Part shown: one piece after another, positions 35,020 through 49,715 of the stretch
How positions within the stretch are numbered: the stretch's first letter is position 1
Layout: every line of letters starts with the position of its first letter
Assembly: GCF_001194135.2 (NCBI RefSeq)
Contig: NC_068983.1
Location: 25,006,523 to 25,062,658, forward strand
DNA length: 56,136 nucleotides
Reading direction: 5' to 3'
Origin: Octopus bimaculoides
Lineage: Eukaryota
The notes under the pieces: model-generated
Database searches by the model: none
The model's input: only the letters and a program-made list of their open reading frames with translations
Told to the model about the DNA's origin: nothing
Made by a program: the position numbers and the translations under genes

Positions 35020-36310
35020 ACATTGGCTTTTTTTTATATATTGGATGAACACCCAATTGAAACTCAATTGGATACTGGTAAAACATGTTTCATCATCATT
35101 TCGGGATTGTTGTTAATAGATTTAGTACTTATCGAATCTACTCACAGACATTTAGCTTGTTATGATGGTTCAAGACTAGAGCCACTTGATGCAGCGGCAA
35201 TTTTGCTTGCCTTTCGAGATAAACAGAATTTCAGTTTTGTTTTGATTGAAAGACCATATAACTTTGGAGTAATCAGTGTACCCATTTTGATAGGTCCATT
35301 GCTTTATGTCTGATAAGGCAATAACGTTAAAGTTTCATTACTGGATGGAAGTAAAATAGCATCTCTTCAGAGCGATTAGTTCCAGTAAGCGTAGGAGCTA
35401 GGTAGAAAATAAAACTCACTGTCTTGATGTAACAGGAAACAACGCTGTCTCCATATGAAAGTATCAACAATGAAATGCTAATTGCTCTGGAGCTAAATGA
35501 TGAATTCTGGCTGATTGGTTCAGATGAAGAGGGCAAGAGGTTGTATGCAATAAATGCAAACAATTGCCTTCACTTAATCAATAGCTTCGGATGGTTCCAA
35601 AAGTTTATGAAGTCTATAACGAAGAAAATTAACGGATTGATTACCTATCAAGGTGACATATTCCTCTTTGCAGCAGCCCAAAATAAAATGGAGAATCGAG
35701 AAACTGCAGTTATTGCGAGACTAATAGACGCCAATGTATCCATTAACCCCAATAAATGCATTAATGATATATCCTTCATAAATTTCATCGCAATGAATAT
35801 TTCAAAGAAGATGAAGCCATTATTTAATTCAACGGACATGATTCAATGGATCAATGTTCTTTAATCTAAGGAAGAAACTGAAAAATATTTCTGTATGAGA
35901 AACAATTATTATCACATGATAATTTAAATGTAGTCGAGCCTCATCTTGCAGCAAAAAAGGTGTTGCTCGAGGAACAAGCCTTTGGGGTTATAAAAAAAAC
36001 CCTGCACAATATTCTGTGTTGGTAACATTTTCTACCATATGTCAAGCAACTGTTAACGTAGAAGCTTCTGGACATTGGAGAATATTGAATGTGAAACCTA
36101 TGCGATGCTGTTGTGCTGATATCTTGAGATATTTACTGTTATGGAAATTTTTCATACAGAACACTGATCATAGACCGTTGAAATATTTTTTTGTTATCAA
36201 GAATCTTGATGTTCCAACAGAACTTCTTAGCGCATTTCCTATATTATCAAAATTCGGTTACAAATTGCCTGGTCTCATAAAACTACAAACCTTGATTGAT
36301 AGTTAAATGA
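35020..36310 (+). mobile_element. Decayed Ty3/Gypsy pol (protease, RT, RNase H)
   Basis: LDTG protease motif with ACYDGSRLEPL; RT-like DEEGKRLYAIN, FQKFMKSI, TYQGDI (degenerate YxDD) and INPNKC; RNase H-like EQAFGVIKK, VEASG and TDHRPL, in Gypsy order. No LTRs or integrase seen. Confidence 0.85.
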
Positions 36311-39250
36311 AGTATGACTAAAATCATTTTGATACAGGATTCATTATATATGTATAACATACTGATATTATGGTCGAATGAACTTTTTCTGGCACTCAAT
36401 TAAAAATAACAAAAATCACTTTAACACAAGTACACCTCATGCTCAATGAAAAATACTGGTGTTGACTAGGTATAGGCAACCACTTTTGAGAAGTGGGCCA
36501 CATGAGACATGAATCAACATCAGGCGTGTCGTACTACTAAAACATAGGGCATAAGTTATCTTCTTCATGAAATTAGGCATTCCACCCAGGTTGCCCATGA
36601 CTGGTCGAGACAAACTCATTTAGAACGACAGTTAACTAAAGATGTTTTTTAATTTGACTGTAGAAAATGATTATCTTTTATAAAATAAAAAAAATCAACA
36701 AAAACAAGCTGCTTGTTTTTGAAAACACATTGAACTTCTTTAGTCCATCAGTCCATAGGGGGTCCAAAGGGACAAATTGCCAGTTTTGTTTTTATAAAAT
36801 GAGGGGCAACAACGTTGCGTATGTTTTTGCAGTCATTAATATTTTGTAACACAGTAATTTGTATCGCATTTTGTTTCAATTCATTTCTGTCATAGAAACA
36901 GCATATCGGTTTCTTTTTATCAATGTTAACTTTTAATGGTATTTTAAATCTTGTGCAAGAATTCAGCTTAAAGGATTATATCAGTATCAATTTTTAAAGA
37001 TAATTCCAATGCATTACAACTTACGGTTTTTGTTTTTACTTTTTGAGAAATATTCTTCCACCAGTTTTAATACTACAAAATTTATATTATCTGAAATCTA
37101 ACATTCACTTTATAATTATTCCATAAGTTAAGTTTAATCATAGCAAGCAGTATGTTGAACCTAAACGTAGCAGTAACAATATTAAAAAAAAGCCTCTCGG
37201 CTTTTGAATTAGAAATATGTAATTACTTGAGGCGCAATTCCTTCGCCAATCTGATTCTCATTGGGAGAAGAAGATCTGATTGATGGTCAATAAGTTCATC
37301 TGATCATCTTAAAAGTTACATGGTAAATTATCAACATAAGATCTTACACATTCTAAAGAAAAAAAAAAAAAAGGAACTACCATGAAAAAAATATCTTAAA
37401 TATATCAAATCTTTGATCAGAAAATAAAATAAAACAGCTGCTTTATAAATATCGTTATCGAAGCTTCAGATTAGGAAAATATGTAACGTGTTTCTAAATT
37501 TTAAAGCTGTTTCTCGTTGGTTTGCCCATGATATTATTTTCATAACTAACTTTATGTCGGTGAAGATAAATTTTCTCTCGTACTTAAATGAAAATGTCAA
37601 TATGCTGAAGTAAAACGATAGCCATGCTTTGTATAAATTACTCTAGAGAAGAATGATGGATGATACAAAAACTGTATTACCAGAAAAAGTGTTTGGAAAA
37701 TTTTATCATAAACTTTTGCGTTATGAGCTCAAATCCCTCTATTGTCGATACAGGAAATACTTTACTCCTTGTATCTTAAATGCAGTACCTTTTTACCAAA
37801 ATAAGAAATTATTAGTTACCTGGGCTTATATTAACGGTCGGATTAAGTGGAGCAGTGGTTCCCAGAGAGCCAAGTCTAAACTATGTAGGAGTTATTAAAC
37901 AGGTTGTTATAATCGAAGGTTTTTCGAAATTGGACGCTAGTTTTATTGCTTTTCCTTTGAAATTTCCCCCTGTTGCATTCAAATGTTGTATGAGACGCTC
38001 TTCTTGTATTGGCATAACTCATAAAGAGAAATGAGAAACATGACTATAATCAGCTTAAACTTATTATTCTAGTAAGTAAACCAAATAGTGTCGAGCATGT
38101 GGCAATGGTTGTGAATTTATCACAGTATTAGGGTGACGTAAACGCACTGGAGATGATTGGGATACTAATTACATCAAATGCTTTTCGGGTTAGAGTTGTA
38201 TTAAGCAGAATAAAACTGAATGAAATTGGGCGTATATGATATTTGCATTTGAACAAAATGTAATTTCATTTATTGTAGAATTATTACTAAAAGAGATTGA
38301 GTTCAGTGTTATTAAGTGGACAGTTTGGGATTTGTTTTATATACGATGATGCTAAATAATATAAGATGAATTTTGGTTTATGGTAGGTTTAATTAAAACG
38401 CGTTTGGCGTGAGTGTTGCATGAAGGCACATGACCTAGTCAGAACGAAATTGGATCATAAGGTTGCACGTTTGATGCCTGGATCGAGCGCCGCGTTGTGT
38501 CCTTGAACAAGACGGTTCGTTTCACGTTGCTCCAACTCACTCAAACAAAACAGTGTGTACCATTTTCAGAAGGAGATCTCTACCAGAATAAAGCTTAGCT
38601 GGTCAAAGGTGGAAAGGCTGAGTGAGTGTTTATGTTTGCTCTTGGCTACATGGATACACAACACATTTACTAGATGTATGGTATAGACACATACGAGTGA
38701 CAGATATGGATGTGGTACGTGAATTATATCTTAATTGTGTTAGCAAAGGCAGCTTTGGGTTTATGAAACAAGTTGGCGATGTGAAATAAGCATAGAATAT
38801 ACTGCAATAATGTACGCAGTCTTTGTGACAAAACCAGTCCAAATAAACGCTAATTATAATTATAATTATTGTTGTGATGTCTTGTATTGGCAGTACTACG
38901 TGGCTATTCAACTTCCTTACTAAAACGTCTTGTGGCGGTAATGTAAGTTGATAGAAATATACAAAAGAAAAAAAGGAATAATGAGAAATATTGTAAAAAA
39001 TGGGCGCCATATTCAGAAATAGTTATTCTATGCCATATTCAAAGGTTTTGAATCCAAGAAATCTAAATGTTATTGTTAAGATACTATTTAATAATTCTTC
39101 GAAACTTTCAAGACCAGCAAGATATGATTCATAGTAGTTCATATCCTCTTTTTACTCCACCACCTCCTCTCTTTTGCTCATTTTTATTGTTATTTTTGTT
39201 ATTATTACTATTGAATGGTCTTATGCTTATGTCAGATATTATTGTTGTTG

Positions 39251-39294
<44 letters not shown>

Positions 39295-40489
39295 GATTAT
39301 TTTCCCTTTGTAAACTGTGTGTGATCAATGAGACAAAGCGCCTAACTAAAACAACAATGAATTTGCATCTTATTTTTTTGTTCTATAATTCTGACTACAT
39401 AACTAATTGAACGTCTCGGGATCGCAGCTGCAATGGATTTGTAAAGGTTAAACTTGGAACAATTTTAAAATTCATTGCAAACATGTCATGTTGTCTTAAC
39501 AAAAATTGATATACAGAACCAGATGGAATTTCTCTTATAATTGTAAGTTCTTAATAAAAAAAATAAAGAAAAAAACAGCAGAAAAAGTAACAAGCAAAAC
39601 TACTGTTTTGATATCCTTAAGGAATCGAAACCCGTATTCTTTTGTTTTATCGAAGTGATGTTACCATTAAATTGCGTTTAGTACATTTTGTCATGAAACT
39701 ATTCAAATTATTTTTGTACTTGAATCTGTGAGATATGGCTAAAATCCTCACATGAATCTTAAAATCAATCTAAGTTTTAAATTTTCAAGGCATTTGAATA
39801 AAATATTTAAACTACGATCGCTTTTATTGACAAAAGTTTACACATTTTGTAAAGATAGGGTTAAAAATCGATCATATAAGTTCCAGTACGTGTTCACTCA
39901 GTACTTATTTTCATCGAACCAAGATTGATAGTATGCCGTTTAATGAATGGAAAATCAAACAATGCAGATATTCACAACGTTTTATGATCACAAGCTCAGT
40001 TTAACGAACAGTTTCAGGACGATCAATTTTAAGAAAAAAAGTTTTAAAACTATAAAGCCCAGGAACAACAAAACCATAAATATTGTTTTGAATATTTTGA
40101 CAACCTACAATACATTATGTATTTCCATAAATGTTTACAGTAATGTAAAATCCTCTATGATATTCACTACCAAAATGTAATTATCCCACTTTTATTCCAT
40201 TTATTTCACTGCTTACATGATTCTTTTGTCTATGCTGAGCAGAAAATAGTCACATAATATCTGCATCACGTTTAAGTAATGACTCATAACCTACTGGGTT
40301 GTTGGAACAACCATGAATAATTCATAGTTATGAAGTAAATAAGAAAGAAGGATAGACTTGAGTAGTCTTCCCATGATTTCTGAAGCTACATAAAATGATT
40401 TGATTTCAGCGTTGCGAGTAACATAAATGTTATTGTTTATAAAGCTTCATACCACTGTCTAGAGACGCCCATGTTACCCGCTAATATTA

Positions 40490-40640
40490 AATATGGTGAT
40501 ATTAGAAACAATACACGTATACACACATGCATTACAAGCACATACGTACATACATAGACGTATATATATATACACACACACACACATCAATGCATAAATG
40601 CAAACATATTCATATATATGTACACAGACCCCACCCCATA

Positions 40641-40728
<88 letters not shown>

Positions 40729-40770
40729 CATGCATACACACACACACACACACATATATATATACTGGTG
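40490..40770. repeat. Compound (TA)n/(CA)n microsatellite, representative of dozens of (TA), (CA), (TATG), (ATT), (CAT) and (AAC) tracts
   Basis: Read directly from the sequence. These tracts generate the poly-YI/VC/I/N ORFs in the track. Confidence 0.97.
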
Positions 40771-43700
40771 TACAGTAAGATGTACAACTTCTACTGCATG
40801 AGTTAGAGCTCTACGTAGACTATTATTATTCATTCAGTTTCCAGTATAATGGTTTGTCGACCACTGCAATTAGCAATGTTACTAGTTATGATATACAGAC
40901 CATACGTAGTAGAAGATTGAATTATAAACCACTATAAATATCTAGTTCCTCCGTACTACCATTGCAGTTATTTGGAACTCAGCTGATGCAATAATGTCTT
41001 CTCTTGGTGATCCATTGCGGTTAGACATCCAAGCAAATTAGGAGCATCTATTTATTCTTTTATTCTTTTATATATGTGTGTGTGTGTGTGTATGCATGTA
41101 TTTATATATTCTTTTATTCTCTTACTTGTTTCAGTCATTTTACTGCAGCCAAGCTTGGTCTTCGCCTTGACACCAAGACATATTTCTTTAGCTGAATACT
41201 TTTTCTATCGGTTTCTTTTGACGAACCGAAACGCTAAGTTACGGGCACGTAAACACACCAACAACGGTTGTCAGAGTGGTGATGGTGGAGAACAAACACA
41301 GACACAAAGACACACACACGCACACACACACATATATACAACGGGATTTTTTCAGTTTCCGTTTACCAATCCACCCATAAGGATTTGATCAGCCCAAGCG
41401 TATAGTAGAAGACACTTGCCCAAGGTACCACGCAGTGGGACTGAAACTCTAGCTATGTGGTTGGAATACAAGCTTTTTACTAAATAGCCACACCTGCGCC
41501 TATGTATATATATATATATATATATNNNNNNNNNNNNNNNNNNNNNNNNNNNNNNNNNNNNNNNNNNNNNNNNNNNNNNNNNNNNNNNNNNNNNNNNNNN
41601 NNNNNNNNNNNNNNNNNNNNNNNNNNNNNNNNNNNNNNNNNNNNNNNNNNNNNNNNNNNNNNNNNNNNNNNNNNNNNNNNNNNNNNNNNNNNNNNNNNNN
41701 NNNNNNNNNNNNNNNNNNNNNNNNNNNNNNNNNNNNNNNNNNNNNNNNNNNNNNNNNNNNNNNNNNNNNNNNNNNNNNNNNNNNNNNNNNNNNNNNNNNN
41801 NNNNNNNNNNNNNNNNNNNNNNNNNNNNNNNNNNNNNNNNNNNNNNNNNNNNNNNNNNNNNNNNNNNNNNNNNNNNNNNNNNNNNNNNNNNNNNNNNNNN
41901 NNNNNNNNNNNNNNNNNNNNNNNNNNNNNNNNNNNNNNNNNNNNNNNNNNNNNNNNNNNNNNNNNNNNNNNNNNNNNNNNNNNNNNNNNNNNNNNNNNNN
42001 NNNNNNNNNNNATGTATATGTATGTGTATATGTATGTATACATGTGTATATGTATGTATATATGTATATGTGTGTATATATGTATATGTATGTATAAGTA
42101 TGTATAAGTATATATATGTATATGTATATAGTTATATACATCCATATTTACGCACGCTCATATACATACACACGCATATGTACATGTATTAAAGGCGGTA
42201 TATGCGGTGTATTCGCATATATATGGCGTTTGTGATGGTTTCCTGTGCTCTCATTCCAAATACCTTATCAGGTCAGCTTTGCTTTCCGTCCTTTCAGCGA
42301 AGATAAAAATGTTATAATCCATGACTTGCAGAATTGTGGGAACGTCGGGCCGGGTGTATTGTGATATAAGTTTCAGTTCTTTGCGTTCTGAGTTCAAATC
42401 CCACTATAGCCTACTTGGGTGGTAAATTTAATCTGTCGCTTGGCTGAATTCTTGCCCTGTATAACACCTTAAGCAACAGTAGTTGACTCTATTCTGTTGT
42501 AAACATTCAGGTCAGTATCTCAGTGTGCAAGTATCTTTTTTCCTACCTTTGCACCTGTATTTTGTTTTTCATGAGTCCGACGACTGAGAAGGAAAGGAAT
42601 TTCTAAGATAACATCACTCTTCACCCCTGAATGGGATACCGATTCGTCGCAGATTTATCTTCCCAGCTAATGTTGGAATTCAAATACAGGTGAGGTGGCT
42701 GGTGCGACGTGAAATGAATCGTTTTGGTCGAGAATACAACGCACCACCCAATTCGGTGGGATCGAAACCATGATACTACAATCATGAGTGTAACACCATG
42801 AACACGTGACACAAAGCCAGCAGTTCCAGGAGAGGGAATGAGTAGATTACATCTACCCTAGTGCACAACTGGTACTTATTTTATCGAAGCCGGAAGGATG
42901 AAAAGGTAAAGTCGACCTTGGTGGAATTTGAACTCAAAATGTAAAGACAGACGAAATGCTGTTAAACATTTTACCCGTCGCGCTAAAATTTCTGTCACCT
43001 TACTTTCCACTCAGATTAATTTCAAATTTTGGCACAAGGCCAGAAATTCTAGGAGATGGGGTGAGGCGATTACATCGACCCTAGTAATCAATTGGTACTT
43101 ATTTTATCAATCCTGGAATGATCAAAGGTAAAGTGGACCTCGGCGGAATTTGGAATCAATACGTAATGTCGGACGAAATGCCGTTAAACATTTAGCTTGG
43201 TGTGCTAACAATTCAACCAGCTCGTCAACTTATTTCCTACTAACATTGAAGACCCTAGAAATTGTCATAGACTCTGACTTACTCTGTATTAAAAGATAAA
43301 AAGCATCATTAAATTCTTAAAATTATTAGAAACAGCATTAGGCATTCTTTTTGTTTTGGATCTTGTTTTATTCTTCCTACAACTGGCAAAAAAGTCTGAA
43401 ATTGTGAGGAAGTGAGCTAGTCAATAGCTGTACTCAACTGGTACTTATTTCACTTAACCCCGAAAATATGAAAGGTATCAACGACCTCGGCGAAACTTGT
43501 ACCATATTATGCTTGTTGTTGTTGCGTTTAGACCTAGGTTGGCCCTGGCCTATGAAAGCTGGGGTCTAACACATCCTACTAATGATCATAGCATCATAGT
43601 TTTGTATACCTATAACTGCATTGTTTAACGTTTCTAAAAGAAAGCAAGGGGTTATTTACTTTCAGGGGAAGTTAAACATTTTCTGAATTGCATGGTATAA

Positions 43701-44195
43701 AAGTATCTTGGAGCAGTCAAAATTGCAACAACGACGTAAAACTTATTTATCTTATGATAATCCTTGATTCAATAATTGTGGTTTGGAGAAGTTAAGCCAC
43801 ACTGATAAACTTTACATTTAATTTGTCGATGAGCATCTGCAGCTTGTGTCCCATTAGACTCTCTTTTCTCTGCAGTGCATCAATAAAATTCTGACAAAAT
43901 TAAACTTGGATATNNNNNNNNNNNNNNNNNNNNNNNNNNNNNNNNNNNNNNNNNNNNNNNNNNNNNNNNNNNNNNNNNNNNNNNNNNNNNNNNNNNNNNN
44001 NNNNNNNNNNNNNATATATGTACATGCAACTACATAATCATATATCCATTTAAATACATATAAAATCACACACACACACACACATATATATGTACATATA
44101 TTTGCATACAGGTATCTGTATATTTGCATACAGGTATATATATTGCGTGTGTATCGTTGGCGATTTTCTGCTTTTCCGTCTTCCCTTCTTTCTAT

Positions 44196-44230
44196 ATTTC
44201 TGATGAAGAGCTCCGCTCAAAACGTGAAAT
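44196..44230 (+). ncRNA. Degenerate hammerhead-like motif of a related element
   Basis: AUUU-CUGAUGA-A-GAGC(UCC)GCUC-AAA-ACGU-G-AAAU: stems intact, but G12A and a GUG triplet. Confidence 0.45.
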
Positions 44231-44469
44231 CCTCTTCCTTTTCTTTCCTTTCCTGAGCGTCCAATAACACTGTACTTATTCCACGTCCTCGCGTTGTTGT
44301 CTTTTCTTGCTTGTTCATGTTTGGATTGATTATATATATATATATATATATAGCAGTGCTTAGAACGAAGTTGTGTAGCGTATGTTCGTCGCACTGATCT
44401 TGATAGAGAAAGGTGAGCAGGGAATCTGAATCAGATTTTGCCAAAAGCTTGGCGATACCTGCTCAGAGG

Positions 44470-44935
44470 CCTTCGCAAAGTTTTCGAAAAGTTCTGCAGA
44501 CAATCAACGAGATCTTTTGCAACTGAAACCCGAGTAGCTTTTTGGTCGGCTGAAAGCAGTTTTGACTCAAACTTGGCAGACACGCGTCTCATGCCCTAAT
44601 CTTCAGTGTCAATGGATTGAACTGAACCGTAACTAAACTGCACATCCGCTGATAACTCATGGATGGTAATTCGAGGATTTTCCCTCACAGCTGTACGCAC
44701 ATCTGCGATGTTTTTCGGCCATTTTGGAAACGTTTGAACCACATGTACATCTGTGTGTGACTCAAACGCTCCTCTCCATACACATTCTGCAACTTTGCGT
44801 AAATCTCTGAGTAGGTATTGCCATGACAACTTTCTCTGTCAAGGTCAATGCGATGATCACACGCTACACACCTTCCTCCCAAGCACTGATGTAAACAGCA
44901 GGAGTGAGCTACAATGTTAAAACTTAGTGCGCATG
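44470..44935 (-). mobile_element. Mariner transposase 5' fragment (HTH domains)
   Basis: EIYAKLQNVYGEERLSHTQMYMWFKRFQNGR, VRTAVRENPRITIHELSADVQFSYGSVQSI and LGMRRVSAKF..KLLSADQK (compare mariner WVPxxL). Confidence 0.88.
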
Positions 44936-45951
44936 NNNNNNNNNNATATACATATCCCGCCACACACATCAAAACACATATAAAATTTGTATAATCCAAA
45001 TTATTCAGGTGCAAATGGAAATGAGATAGTGTATTCGGCTCTGTATTAGCTAGCCTGTGCTTTACAAAGTTGGGCTGTGTCGTCCTAATATATATATTTT
45101 AAAGGAAAACTTAGAGTCATTTAAATAAATACTCTTCTCATATTGCTCTTGTCCTGGTTTAATCTTATTGATGAATGCTTTAGGTCAGTGGACGAAAGAA
45201 TTAATAGAATCAGAAAAATATGAAGTAGTTTGTTATGAAGTGTTACATATAGATGCAGTTTTCCAAGGATAGGAAAAAACTATAACAATCTAGTAATTCT
45301 ATTGTGTTAAAGCTATAAATCAAAATTGATTTCCCGTATTGGCTGAACGCTACACAGAGAGACCCAGTGCTGGAGTGATATTTCCTTTGTTCAACTATGG
45401 AAACATGGAAATCAAGGGTAGCGCTCAAAAGCATTTTACAGGCTCTCTGAGATTGGTAGGAGGGGAGAAGAAAGACATACGTACGTCAGGAAGCTGGTTC
45501 GAATATTTGCAGCAAAATAGATCCATCTAAACTACCCCATGAGTTAGATCATTGGTGTTAAGCCAGGAGATAAAAAAAAAGGCCACAGCGTGATTTGAAT
45601 TCAGAATGAAAGAGGCCGGAAATCCCACAACACATTCTTTCGCTGCCCTAAAGTTTTCACCAGTCCATCGCCTCCTCAATTTTCAACACCAGAAGACAAA
45701 ATAGACCTTTGCGATATTTGAACTAAGATTGCATGTTGCCAGAATAAATACCACAAAACATTGTATTTTGTTTGACTCTACCAATTCGCTTCTAAAAGCC
45801 CAGAAGAGAAATACTACAACGAACAAGCGATCGGCATAATCAGCATAAAAAATCTTAACACAAAAATTATATACTACTTCCATCCACTAACGCTTCATCT
45901 TATGCCTCTACCGTAATAAAATATTCACAAGCTGCTAATATATGATTTCAG

Positions 45952-46114
45952 ACCTTTCAAAGACCCTCAACTTCATCTACAGTTAAACCAGATTCTAGCA
46001 CTTCTCTTCTACGGTTTGGCACCGATTCTTCATGGAAAATCAACTATTACTATGACTTCAATTACAAATGGTTGCTTTGAAGCCCGTTGGTTGTTCTTAG
46101 AAGAAGAAATAAAG
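45952..46114 (+). CDS. INTU: Inturned exon (163 nt)
   Basis: tatgatttcag|A...ATAAAG|gttggt; phase 2 to 0. Encodes (R)PFKDPQLHLQLNQILALLFYG...CFEARWLFLEEEIK (compare PGVRWLTLPLEIK). It was the only phase-compatible, similar exon I found in the 22 kb between its neighbours. Confidence 0.82.
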
Positions 46115-49100
46115 GTTGGTAGCAGTAATTCTTTATATATTTCTTATATATACTGTTGTGGTATCAACACGTGAAAACAAAGGAAAACGTTAAAAAAAAA
46201 AAAAACTTCAATACTTCAGTAAAGTGAATATATTTACATACAATTAAAAGTTTCAAGCTTAGCGATGGCTGATGGAACAAAAAATTATTCCAATAAGCAA
46301 TGACAACCAGCCTGAAGAGTCGCTATTGCAGATTAATATTGTATTGATGAAAATACCAGACATCGCTACTCCTGGAGCCTGTACGTACGTAAAAAAGGTT
46401 CCAGGTGTTGTGATGTTTCCTGTTCACAGTATATAAACAGTTGCATGCACGCGCACTACACAAACACTCACCTCACTCTTTCTTTATATTTTGAACCTGT
46501 GATTATGAAATATTACTTTGCAGCTATATATTTAAAACGGTATCTTCCCAGCCATGTCATTCTAACTTTCATTCCATTACATAATGTTTTTTTTAAACAT
46601 TATGTAAACAAAATTGTGCATTTCGAATAAAATTTTTTAGAGACGATTATAAGTCAGTCGTGTTTATAAATATACGTGCGTCTGTCAGTATTATGCAATG
46701 ATTTATGTGAATACATTTATATACAGACACGCTCATATATATGTATGTATCTATCAATGTACCTATTACACACACACACACACACACACACANNNNNNNN
46801 NNNNNNNNNNNNNNNNNNNNNNNNNNNNNNNNNNNNNNNNNNNNNNNNNNNNNNNNNNNNNNNNNNNNNNNNNNNNNNNNNNNNNNNNNNNNNNNNNNNN
46901 NNNNNNNNNNNNNNNNNNNNNNNNNNNNNNNNNNNNNNNNNNNNNNNNNNNNNNNNNNNNNNNNNNNNNNNNNNNNNNNNNNNNNNNNNNNNNNNNNNNN
47001 NNNNNNNNNNNNNNNNNNNNNNNNNNNNNNNNNNNNNNNNNNNNNNNNNNNNNNNNNNNNNNNNNNNNNNNNNNNNNNNNNNNNNNNNNNNNNNNNNNNN
47101 NNNNNNNNNNATATAACTATATATATAACAATAATAAATCTCTGAGCGAGATATAAACAATAGCTGCACGACATCGTGAAGTATATTTGCCACCTAAATG
47201 TGGCTAACCCCAGGAAGATATCTCCTCCAGCTGGCTATTGACACACTATCTGTGCCCTATCAGTATTTGCAAGGGGAAGTCATCGTTCCCATCCCCAGCC
47301 TGACGTGATATACACGGACCCGTCATACACATGGGCGGGTATTGACCCGTCATAAGCGTGTGACAACAACATATTTTCTTTATTATGATAATGTATATTA
47401 AAAACACAGAAGGACAGTACAGGACGTTACCAATAATTGTGCTAATTGAGTTTATATAACTTTAAAAATTTGATGATATGTATATAAAATTAAAAATTTT
47501 CCACAAACTATGGCCATGAAAGCCAGCGACAACACCTCGATTCTGCCATGGGTAGAATTAAGTAGGGACAATCACGCCCAACCTCCTCACAAAATCTTTC
47601 CATTGTTTCTCATATATACTTCGCGAGCGGTGTCTTCTCTCCAGCTATATCTTGATCTTCATATGGAATCTGAAGTAGAATAGCAAACCAAGGCCGGAGA
47701 TGAAGTATCCTGCCACGATTCCTTGTATTCTTGTTCTCCATGCACACTCTTTCATTAGTACGACCGTACACAGAAAACATGCCTCACCTCCTTTGAAAAT
47801 CCGGTTGGCGGTACAATCTTTATCACAGACTCAACTGTTGAAATAATTTGGAAACATAACATCTAATAACCTAACGGTATGTCTTTTCTACTCCATTAAT
47901 GAGATTTTACTCAATACAATGACTTAATTACTGAATTTAATTCTTTGAGCAAAATTGAAACAGCTGTAAAAGAATATGCTGAATTTTTGCAGATAATAAA
48001 TTATATATATACTACATCTCCACTTTCTGAATTTTTATTTGAATATTTATAAACCAAGATTTATACTTAAACCTATTATTTTATGAATATTACTATTCAT
48101 AAAAAAAGTAATTCATTGGATATGTTTATCCCTTAATGAAGTTACTTCAACCTCTGTTTAAATATATACTCTTTTACTCTTTTACTTGTTTCATTCATTT
48201 GAATGTGACCATGCTGGAGCACCGCCTTTTGTCGAGAAAATCGACCCCAGGACTTATTCTGTGTAAGCCTAGTACTTATTCTCTCGGTCTCTTTTGCCGA
48301 ACTGCTAAGTTACCGGGACGTAAGCACACTAGCATCGGTTATCAAGCGATGTTGGGGNNNNNNNNNNNNNNNNNNNNNNNNNNNNNNNNNNNNNNNNNNN
48401 NNNNNNNNNNNNNNNNNNNNNNNNNNNNNNNNNNNNNNNNNNNNNNNNNNNNNNNNNNNNNNNNNNNNNNNNNNNNNNNNNNNNNNNNNNNNNNNNNNNN
48501 NNNNNNNNNNNNNNNNNNNNNNNNNNNNNNNNNNNNNNNNNNNNNNNNNNNNNNNNNNNNNNNNNNNNNNNNNNNNNNNNNNNNNNNNNNNNNNNNNNNN
48601 NNNNNNNNNNNNNNNNNNNNNNNNNNNNNNNNNNNNNNNNNNNNNNNNNNNNNNNNNNNNNNNNNNNNNNNNNNNNNNNNNNNNNNNNNNNNNNNNNNNN
48701 NNNNNNNNNNNNNNNNNNNNNNGGACATAAATGGTTGAAACAAGTAAACAACGAGAAAAAAAATGGGAAACAGCTGTCTATCTTTCGAGCATTCAAATGA
48801 CAATATGTGTCTTCAAAGGCAGTAGCTCCCATAAATTTTTAAATGAAATTTAGGATTTATTGAGGGTGAAAGGTGGGAACAAAAAAATAACAGTGGAGAC
48901 ATACAAGGAAACCGAACACGACTATCTTTCTCTTCCTGCTCGGACGTCAAAATGACTGGACGTTTGTTCTCTTTCCCTTCTATCTTTTTTCTTTTCAAAA
49001 AAATCTCTCTCTCAGCGTTCACTATTCTCCTTTCGTTCCGGTTTAACCACCCTCCTTGTCTGTTTTTCTTGTATTAATTCGTAGGTTGAGGAGTATATTC

Positions 49101-49661
49101 GAAACATATTGCAGTCAACACCCGTTGCTAGTAAAACCAGCAGCAAACCTGGAACTTGTTCTGGGAGGCCTAGGGTGGGAGCATAAAGGATGCGTGTCCA
49201 GGACATCGAGGCAGGCACAAGAAAGAATATCTGTTAGCGATTGGGAGAATAATGTAATGACAGTTGCTTCTGATAGGGAAATATGAAGGATGATCTGAGG
49301 GATCTAATCTCATGATTCTCCAATGGAGAGCAGACGGAGAAGTTGGATGGTGAAACACTATAGATAAGATTCTGTTGTTCCGTAGATAAGGGATTTTTTT
49401 TTGTGGTGAAAATTGAACTCAACACTACATATTAAATAGGCTAAAGGAATGACTCGTCAAATCCCCAATAATATTATTAATACCATACAGTACTTATTTA
49501 CAGTTGAGCAGGCATGACCATTTCAATGTTGTATCATGACCATTTCAATATTGTATCGTATGAACTATTGATCGCTCGGACGTTTTCTTGCTATCGTTTG
49601 CGTTCGAATAACTACACTTTATTTCGGATATTTTTTAACAAAAGAAATTGTTTCGTTTCAG

Positions 49662-49715
49662 TTGATGTTTGATGAAATACTTAGCAGCTTTGAATCTGGA
49701 GATTTTGTTTCTCAA
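49662..49715 (+). CDS. INTU: Inturned exon (54 nt)
   Basis: tttcgtttcag|TTG...CAA|gtaagt; phase 0-0. Encodes LMFDEILSSFESGDFVSQ (compare MELDMALSDLEAADF). Confidence 0.88.
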
